Assembly (NCBI GenBank): GCA_949744075.1
Contig: CATJWI010000115.1
Span: 676 to 64,675 of the forward strand
Source: an uncultured Eubacteriales bacterium
Lineage (GTDB): Bacteria; Bacillota; Clostridia; Oscillospirales; Oscillospiraceae
Length of the DNA stretch: 64,000 bases
Direction of reading: 5' to 3'
Shown here: in pieces, positions 57,727-64,000 of the stretch
Position numbering within the stretch: position 1 is the stretch's first letter
Layout: the number at the start of each line of letters is the position of its first letter
Translations under genes and position numbers: made by a program
Notes under the pieces: model-generated
Told to the model about the DNA's origin: nothing
Databases searched by the model: none
Seen by the model: only the letters and a program-made list of their open reading frames with translations

Positions 57727-59385
57727 ATGGCAGAAAAATTAAAAATTATTTCACTTGGCGGTCTTAATGAGATCGGCAAAAACATGACCGTCTATGAGTA
57801 TGGCAACGACATCATTGTGGTGGACGCCGGTATGGGTTTTCCCGACAACGATATGTACGGTATTGACGTGGTCATTCCCGACTTTACCTACCTTATCAAA
57901 AACCGGGACAAGATCCGGGGGATCTTCATCACCCACGGGCATGAGGACCACATCGGCTCCCTTCCGTATCTTCTGCGGGAACTGAACGTTCCTGTCTACG
58001 CCACTCGGATGTCGGCAGGACTCATCAAGCTGAAGCTGGAGGAGCACCACCTGCTGGGCAAGACCCGCCTTATTACCTGCGAGGCAGGGGAGACGGTCAA
58101 GGCCGGTCGGTTTGGGGTGGAGTTTATCCATGTGAACCATTCCATTGCCGACGCGGTGGCCTTTGCCATCCGTACTCCCATCGGGGTGTGCGTCCATACC
58201 GGCGATTTTAAAATCGACACTACCCCCGTTTCCGGCGGCATGATCGATCTTGCCCGTCTGGGCCAGCTGGGCAAGGACGGAGTCCTGGCCCTTCTGTGTG
58301 ACTCCACCAATGTGGAGCGCCCCGGCTACACCAAGTCCGAGCGCAGTGTAGGCGCTTCCTTTGACGCCCTCTTTCGGGGCTGCGAGGAGCGGATCATTAT
58401 TGCTACCTTTGCCTCCAATGTGGACCGAATCCAGCAGATCATCTCGGTGGCGGCCAAATACGGCCGTAAGGTAGCCATCACCGGCCGCAGCATGGAGAAT
58501 GCGATCAAGGTCTCGACAGAACTGGGATACATGAGTATCCCGGCGGGGATTTTGGTTGACATAAGTCAAATTAAGGGCCTACCCAAAAATAAGGTTTGTG
58601 TGGTCACCACCGGCAGCCAGGGCGAGACTATGTCCGCCATGACCCGCATGGCGTTCAACACCCACCGGCAGATCGAGATCCAGGCCGGAGATCGGGTGAT
58701 CTTCTCCGCCTCGGCCATCCCCGGAAACGAAAACGCCATCGGCAGCGTAGTCAACGAGCTTTACCGCAAGGGGGCCGAGGTGGTGGACGAGCGCCAGGGT
58801 GAGCTCCATGTGTCCGGCCATGCCTGCGCCGATGAGCTGAAGATCATCCACGCCCTCCTGAAGCCCCGGTTCTTTATCCCCGTTCACGGGGAGCAGCGGC
58901 ATTTGAAGGTCCACTCCAAGCTGGCCCAGGAGATGGGAATGGATCCCCGAAATATTGTCATCTCCGACATTGGCAAGGTCATTGAAATAAGCCACAATGC
59001 CGCCCGTGTCAATGGGACCGTCCCCGCGGGCCGGGTCTTTGTGGACGGCTATGGCGTAGGCGATGTGGGAGCCGTGGTCCTTCGGGACCGGAAACATCTG
59101 GCCGAGGACGGCATGATCGTAGTGGTTTGTTCCGTCTCTGCCGATGACGGCGGGCTTCTCTCCGGGCCCGACATTATCACCCGGGGCTTTATCTATGTCA
59201 AAGAGTCCGAGGGCCTGATGGAGGAGTTGAAAACGGTGGCGCTGGAAAGCCTGGAAAAGAGTCAACGGGCCAACCGTTGGGATTGGAACGCCATCAAGGG
59301 TGACATTCGGGATGATTTGAGCGCCTATCTTTTCAAAAAGACCAAGCGCAATCCCATGATCCTCCCCGTTATTATGGAAGTGTAA
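57727..59385 (+). CDS. rnj: Ribonuclease J
   Basis: GGLNEIGKN, THGHEDHIG, HTGDFK, TGSQGE, HVSGHA, PVHGE. Confidence 0.97.
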   Translation: MAEKLKIISLGGLNEIGKNMTVYEYGNDIIVVDAGMGFPDNDMYGIDVVIPDFTYLIKNRDKIRGIFITHGHEDHIGSLPYLLRELNVPVYATRMSAGLIKLKLEEHHLLGKTRLITCEAGETVKAGRFGVEFIHVNHSIADAVAFAIRTPIGVCVHTGDFKIDTTPVSGGMIDLARLGQLGKDGVLALLCDSTNVERPGYTKSERSVGASFDALFRGCEERIIIATFASNVDRIQQIISVAAKYGRKVAITGRSMENAIKVSTELGYMSIPAGILVDISQIKGLPKNKVCVVTTGSQGETMSAMTRMAFNTHRQIEIQAGDRVIFSASAIPGNENAIGSVVNELYRKGAEVVDERQGELHVSGHACADELKIIHALLKPRFFIPVHGEQRHLKVHSKLAQEMGMDPRNIVISDIGKVIEISHNAARVNGTVPAGRVFVDGYGVGDVGAVVLRDRKHLAEDGMIVVVCSVSADDGGLLSGPDIITRGFIYVKESEGLMEELKTVALESLEKSQRANRWDWNAIKGDIRDDLSAYLFKKTKRNPMILPVIMEV

Positions 59386-59386
59386 T

Positions 59387-59429
59387 AAAAAGGCGCGCCG
59401 TGGTATTTCTTTCCGCAGCGCGCTTTTTT
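59387..59429 (+). terminator. Terminator after rnj
   Basis: AAAAGGCGCGC...GCGCGCTTTTTT. Confidence 0.6.
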
Positions 59430-59496
59430 CTATTGCTCTCCGGAAAAAAATAGAGTAAGATAGGCACATATATCACTCCTTTGGGAGGGCGTCGAC

Positions 59497-60783
59497 ATGA
59501 ATGATTGGAATCGTCAAAGCCATACCGGGGACGACCCCTGGGATCTGTCGTCAAAGACGGGGGAGGGGAGGATCTCTGCTCCGGAATACAATGCGTCTCA
59601 ACCCATCGCCCAGGGGCCGGAGGCCTCCGGAGGCTATGGGAGGGGAGGCCTGGGCGCCCTTTTGGGAGCCCTTGTGGGCGCGCTGCCAACCCTTGCTACA
59701 GGCTATTTTGGCTTTGTCTCAGGTTGGCTGGCCCTGCTGATCCCCTTTGCGGCCCGAAAGGGCTATCGGCTGCTCCGCGGAGCCCGGAGAGGGAGCTACG
59801 CCTTTGCCGTCATCCTGGCCTGCTCCCTGGTCGTCTCCACGGGGCTCTCCCTCTTTCTGACCTTCCCCTACGGGGTCATGGAGGAGCCGGTCTTTTTCCT
59901 CCTGCCCATCCTCTTCAGCCTTTTCGGCGCCCTGGCCTGCCGCCGGGGGCTTGAAAGTTATGTAAACCCGGAGCGGATGGAGGTCCTGGCCCAGCAGGCC
60001 CGGCAGGAGAACCGGGAGATCGGGGGGAGGGGGGAACTCTACACGGCCAAGCAGCAGTGGGTCAGGCCCTTGAAAGCAAGCGTGCTGCTGGCCATGTTTC
60101 CGGAGCTTGCCCTGGCGGTCCTGCTCCTGATCCTGGGGATCCCGGAGGATTCCATGATCCTGATCTTTGCCTCCCTGGGAGCTATAATAGCGGTTTTTGC
60201 CATCATTTTCTGCCTGATCTTTCCTGTCCTGGGCCTTCTTCAGCCCGGAGTGATGGTCTACATCCGCTCCGAGACCGGGAAGCTGTGGCGGGTGGCCCTG
60301 GCCCAGGTCAACAGCCAGGAGCCCTACCGGTTTACCCACAAGAGCGGGGCCTTTCGGGTCCTGACCTGGGAGCGGCTGGACCAGGCTGAACGGGAGCTGG
60401 CCAAGGCCAATATCCGCCGGGCCATGGCCGACATAGAGCGGGGGAGTATCCTTCCCGGCAGCTTTCTCCACATGGCCCTGACCCCTTTGGAGGGCCTGGA
60501 GGTGCGGAAGGAGAACAGGTGGCGCTGGAAGGTGCGTTTCCGGAACGGTGAGGGAAAAAGTAGAACTGCCTCCATTCCCAAGGCCTACCCCGGCCTGAGC
60601 CTGACCCCCGGCACGCCGGGTCTCAGCGGTCCCATGCCCTTCCGCTGGGGTCTGGTGCTGGGCGCCGTTGCCCTTACAATGGCCTTCGCCCTGGCGGGGG
60701 GTATGGTGGGCGTGCAGATGGAGGGTCCCGCTCAGCCTGTCCGGCACACCAGGGCGGCGGTTTCCACGCAGATCCAGATATGA
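59497..60783 (+). CDS. Hypothetical membrane protein
   Basis: 428-aa ORF with RBS and ~7 hydrophobic segments. Confidence 0.7.
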   Translation: MNDWNRQSHTGDDPWDLSSKTGEGRISAPEYNASQPIAQGPEASGGYGRGGLGALLGALVGALPTLATGYFGFVSGWLALLIPFAARKGYRLLRGARRGSYAFAVILACSLVVSTGLSLFLTFPYGVMEEPVFFLLPILFSLFGALACRRGLESYVNPERMEVLAQQARQENREIGGRGELYTAKQQWVRPLKASVLLAMFPELALAVLLLILGIPEDSMILIFASLGAIIAVFAIIFCLIFPVLGLLQPGVMVYIRSETGKLWRVALAQVNSQEPYRFTHKSGAFRVLTWERLDQAERELAKANIRRAMADIERGSILPGSFLHMALTPLEGLEVRKENRWRWKVRFRNGEGKSRTASIPKAYPGLSLTPGTPGLSGPMPFRWGLVLGAVALTMAFALAGGMVGVQMEGPAQPVRHTRAAVSTQIQI

Positions 60784-60825
60784 AAAGCACACCCTCGGAT
60801 TTAAGCCCGGGGGGCGTCTTTGTGC

Positions 60826-61287
60826 TCAGAGCCGCCTTTCCAGGATCCCGTAGGAGAGGGAGAAGGCCAGGGAGTAAAAAATGATGACGACAAACAGGGC
60901 CCAGAAGGCGTGAACGGAGAAGGGGAGGAGCACAAACAGGGCTCCGGCGGCAGAAAAAAAGGTCACCACTCCCGCCATCTGAAAGGCGGAGCGGACAACG
61001 GTCCGTTCCCGCTCATCGGTCTCCTTGATCCTGGCCCTCCTTTGGGCTTGGGGGTGTCTCAGCAGGTATTGGACCCGGCAGAGCAGGATGACCGCCCCGG
61101 CAGTGATGCCGCCGGCAGCGCCCAGATAAAAGCCCTGGGCATAGTCGGACAGGGAGCTGTCGGGGACCAGCAGGAAATAGCAGGCAAAACCGACAAGTCC
61201 CACACCCAGAAAGGCCAGGGCGGCCAAGCGGCGCAGCTTCAGGGATTTTTCGAAGTCATCGTCACAGAGGATCAGTTTCATCAACAT
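60826..61287 (-). CDS. Hypothetical 4-TM membrane protein with DER motif
   Basis: IKETDERE; directly follows a small XRE gene. Confidence 0.75.
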   Translation of the reverse strand: MLMKLILCDDDFEKSLKLRRLAALAFLGVGLVGFACYFLLVPDSSLSDYAQGFYLGAAGGITAGAVILLCRVQYLLRHPQAQRRARIKETDERERTVVRSAFQMAGVVTFFSAAGALFVLLPFSVHAFWALFVVIIFYSLAFSLSYGILERRL

Positions 61288-61488
61288 TCAGGATCCCTCC
61301 TCAAATAGGAATATCTCTTCGATGGTCAGACCAAAGTATCGGGCAATTTTGTGGGCCAGCAGGAGGGAGGCGTTATACCGCCCGCTCTCCAGAGAGATGA
61401 TGGTCTGCCGCGTCACCTCCAGGCTGTCGGCCAGCTCCGCCTGGGAGATGTGCCGCTGCTTTCGCAGCTGGGCGATGCGGTTGGTCAC
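61288..61488 (-). CDS. Small XRE-family HTH regulator
   Basis: NRIAQLRK..SQAELA...VTRQTIISLESGRYN.SL. Confidence 0.92.
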   Translation of the reverse strand: MTNRIAQLRKQRHISQAELADSLEVTRQTIISLESGRYNASLLLAHKIARYFGLTIEEIFLFEEGS

Positions 61489-61511
61489 GGCGACGCCTCC
61501 TTTCTGATTAC

Positions 61512-61578
61512 ATGTAAAGCGAACTTTACATTTGAGAGGATATCACATCTATCCTGGAATGTCAAGTTCCCTTTACAT
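61512..61578. promoter_or_regulatory. Two palindromic XRE operators
   Basis: ATGTAAAGCGAACTTTACAT (61512) and ATGTCAAGTTCCCTTTACAT (61559, overlapping a TTGACA -35 on the minus strand). Confidence 0.7.
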
Positions 61579-61614
61579 ATTTTGCGTAAAAATGAGGGGA
61601 ACCTTTCTCTGATG

Positions 61615-61650
61615 AAAAAGGACCACGGCCAACTGGCCGTGGTCCTTTTT
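61615..61650 (-). terminator. Terminator after glgP
   Basis: AAAAAGGACCACGGCC-loop-GGCCGTGGTCCTTTTT. Confidence 0.8.
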
Positions 61651-61664
61651 ATATTGTGGATCTC

Positions 61665-64000
61665 TTACTTGTGGGGTACCTTCCAGATGTTCTGGGCGTA
61701 CTCGGCCACCGAGCGGTCGGCGGCAAAGATACCGGAACGGGCAATGTTGATAAGGCTCATCCGGTTCCAGGCGGTGGGGTCCTGATAGACCTTGCCCGCC
61801 AACTCCTGGGCCGCCCGGTAGCTCTCAAAGTCGGCCAGCAGGAAATACTGGTCGGCGGGGCCGCCGGAGCCAAAGAGCAGGTTTTTAGCCAGCTCGGCAT
61901 AACTCACATGGTCGTCAAATCCGGCGGAGAGCTGGTCAATGACCGCTTTCAGAACGGGATTCTGGATATAATACTCATGAGGGTTGTAACCCCGGCGCAG
62001 CATCTCCTGGACTTCGTCAGCCTTGAGTCCGAAGAGGAAGATGTTCTCATCCCCCAGTACCTGGTGCATTTCCACATTGGCGCCGTCCAGGGTGCCGATG
62101 GTCACCGCGCCGTTCATCATGAACTTCATATTACCTGTACCGCTGGCCTCTTTGCCGGCGGTGGAGATCTGCTCGGAAAGCTCGCTGGCGGGCATGAGCA
62201 TCTCAGCCATGGACACCCGGTAGTTCTCCAGGAAAAAGACCTGGAGCTTATCCTTGCAGACGGGGTCACTGTTGATGGTGCGGGACAGAGAGTTGATGAG
62301 ATGAATGATGTCCTTGGCCACTACATAGCTGGGAGCGGCCTTGGCCCCAAAGAGGTAGGTGCGGGGAGTCATATCGAAGTGGGGATCCTCATGAAGCCGC
62401 TGCCACAGGTAGATGATGTGGAGCACATTGAGAAGCTGTCGCTTATACTCATGGAGCCGCTTGACCTGGACGTCAAACAGGGCGTCGGTGTTGAGGGTGA
62501 TACCGCTCTCCCGCTTGGCCCAGGCGGCAAAGCGGAGCTTGTTCTCATGCTTGATGGTTCCCAGCCGGGCCAGGACCGAGGTGTCTCCGGTGAATTTTTC
62601 CAGGCAGGACAGGGCCTGGGGCTGGAGCAAATACTTGTCCCCACCGCAGCATTCCTTGATGAGGGAGTCCAACTGGGGATTTACCTCGGAAAGCCAACGG
62701 CGGTGGTCTACGCCGTTGGTCACGTTCTGGAACTTCTTGGGGAACATCTGGTAGGCGTCATGGAACACATCGGCCTTCAGAATGTCAGAGTGGAGAGCGG
62801 ACACTCCGTTGACCGCGGAGCAGGCGCATACGCAAAGGTTGGCCATACGAACCTGACCGCCCCAGAGGATGGCCATTTTCTCCACCTTGCTCATGTCCCC
62901 GTGGAAGAAGGACACAAGCTGGTCCTGGTAGCGGCCGGAGATCTCCAGGATGATCTGCCATACCCGGGGGAGAAGCTCCTGGACCAGGTCCTGGGGCCAG
63001 CGCTCCAGAGCCTCGGCCAGAACGGTGTGGTTGGTATAGCAGACGCTGCGGCTGACAATGAACCAGGCGTCGTCCCAGGAATAGCCCTCCTGGTCCAGCA
63101 GGATCCGCATCAGCTCGGGAATAATGAGAGTGGGATGGGTATCGTTGATCTGGAACACGTGTTTTTCATGGAAATTGCGCAGCGTGCCATACTCTGCTTT
63201 GTGCTTGCGGCACACGGATTGGATGGTGGCAGAGGAGAGGAAATACTGCTGCTTGAGCCGGAGGGATTTGCCCTCCCGGTGGTTGTCGGCGGGGTAGAGC
63301 TGTTTGGAGATGATCTCGGCATTGGCCTTTTTCTCCAGAGCCTTCAGATATTCTCCGCGGTTGAAGAAACTGAGGTCTACCGGCTCGGGGCTCTGGGCTT
63401 CCCAGAGACGGAGGACGTTGGCGTGCCTGGTGCCGTAGCCGGCGATCTCCATGTCCCGGGGGACCGCCAGCACACAGGTGCAGCCGGTCTGTTTGACGCC
63501 ATGAGAGCCATCGGGGTACCATACGTCTTCTACGGTGCCGCCGAAGCGGACCTCCTCGGCCTCGTCCATGTGGGTGATGAGCCAGGATCCGCCCTTATCC
63601 AACCAGTTGTCGGGAAGCTCCTCCTGTTTGCCGTCGATGATCTTCTGCTTGAAGATCCCCAGTTCGTAGCAGATGGAGTAGCCGGTAAAGGGCAGCTCCA
63701 GAGTGGTAGCGGCGTCCAGATAGCAGGCGGCCAGACGGCCCAGGCCGCCGTTGCCCAGTCCCGCGTCGGGCTCCTCCTCAAACAGGTCGGCGGCGGAAAA
63801 GCCCAGAGCCTCTACGGCCTCGGTAAGGGTCTTTTCCAGACCCAGGTTGTAGGCGTTTTTCCGCAGAGACCGGCCCATGAGAAACTCCATGGACAGGTAG
63901 TGGACCTGGCGGGAGTGCTTCTCCTGGATCTTGCTGGAGGATTCAAGCTGCCGGGCAGAGATGATGTCCCGGATGACCATGGCGCAAGCCTGGAACATCT
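61665..64000 (-). CDS. glgP: Glycogen/maltodextrin phosphorylase, 5' end outside window
   Basis: GLGNGGLGRLAAC, INDTHP, YTNHT, KRLHEYKRQ, EASGTGNMKF. Confidence 0.97.
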   Translation of the reverse strand, partial: MFQACAMVIRDIISARQLESSSKIQEKHSRQVHYLSMEFLMGRSLRKNAYNLGLEKTLTEAVEALGFSAADLFEEEPDAGLGNGGLGRLAACYLDAATTLELPFTGYSICYELGIFKQKIIDGKQEELPDNWLDKGGSWLITHMDEAEEVRFGGTVEDVWYPDGSHGVKQTGCTCVLAVPRDMEIAGYGTRHANVLRLWEAQSPEPVDLSFFNRGEYLKALEKKANAEIISKQLYPADNHREGKSLRLKQQYFLSSATIQSVCRKHKAEYGTLRNFHEKHVFQINDTHPTLIIPELMRILLDQEGYSWDDAWFIVSRSVCYTNHTVLAEALERWPQDLVQELLPRVWQIILEISGRYQDQLVSFFHGDMSKVEKMAILWGGQVRMANLCVCACSAVNGVSALHSDILKADVFHDAYQMFPKKFQNVTNGVDHRRWLSEVNPQLDSLIKECCGGDKYLLQPQALSCLEKFTGDTSVLARLGTIKHENKLRFAAWAKRESGITLNTDALFDVQVKRLHEYKRQLLNVLHIIYLWQRLHEDPHFDMTPRTYLFGAKAAPSYVVAKDIIHLINSLSRTINSDPVCKDKLQVFFLENYRVSMAEMLMPASELSEQISTAGKEASGTGNMKFMMNGAVTIGTLDGANVEMHQVLGDENIFLFGLKADEVQEMLRRGYNPHEYYIQNPVLKAVIDQLSAGFDDHVSYAELAKNLLFGSGGPADQYFLLADFESYRAAQELAGKVYQDPTAWNRMSLINIARSGIFAADRSVAEYAQNIWKVPHK

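Overview
High-GC chromosomal DNA from a spore-forming gut Clostridia-like organism (Oscillospiraceae-like style: spoVFAB, rnj, rplM-rpsI, GTAG REP-like palindromes; taxonomy is inferred). It is packed with accessory catabolic operons, mostly on the minus strand. (1) An AT-richer WG-repeat lipoprotein gene at the left edge. (2) A ~17 kb cluster with a sulfonate-type ABC importer, AGE-family epimerase, two-component system, paralogues of NagB, NagA, Pgi, Fba, Pfk and TpiA, a LarA-like protein, a TauE exporter, an aldose 1-epimerase and an AEC transporter. It has no hexose kinase, and the NagB, NagA, Pgi, Pfk and TpiA paralogues all deviate in motifs that normally bind the substrate phosphate. 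This is the best candidate for an undescribed system: a parallel glycolysis for a 6-sulfated or 6-sulfonated (amino)sugar. (3) A TRAP-RpiR-MurQ-GHL10-MurK-like MurNAc scavenging operon. (4) An amino-acid ABC + TIM-barrel + PfkB + BtpA + MATE operon. (5) dsdA and spoVFAB. (6) A sigma-54 CoA-dependent organic-acid locus with three -24/-12 promoters, each with a shared upstream motif. (7) A decayed integrative-element scar at the 3' end of rpsI. (8) ttcA-like, S41-like protein, Tat/flavin reductase + TetR, BceAB-like ABC, RNase J with a structured leader, and glgP (partial). No rRNA, tRNA, CRISPR array or intact transposase/integrase was seen. All motif comparisons were done by eye without database searches.
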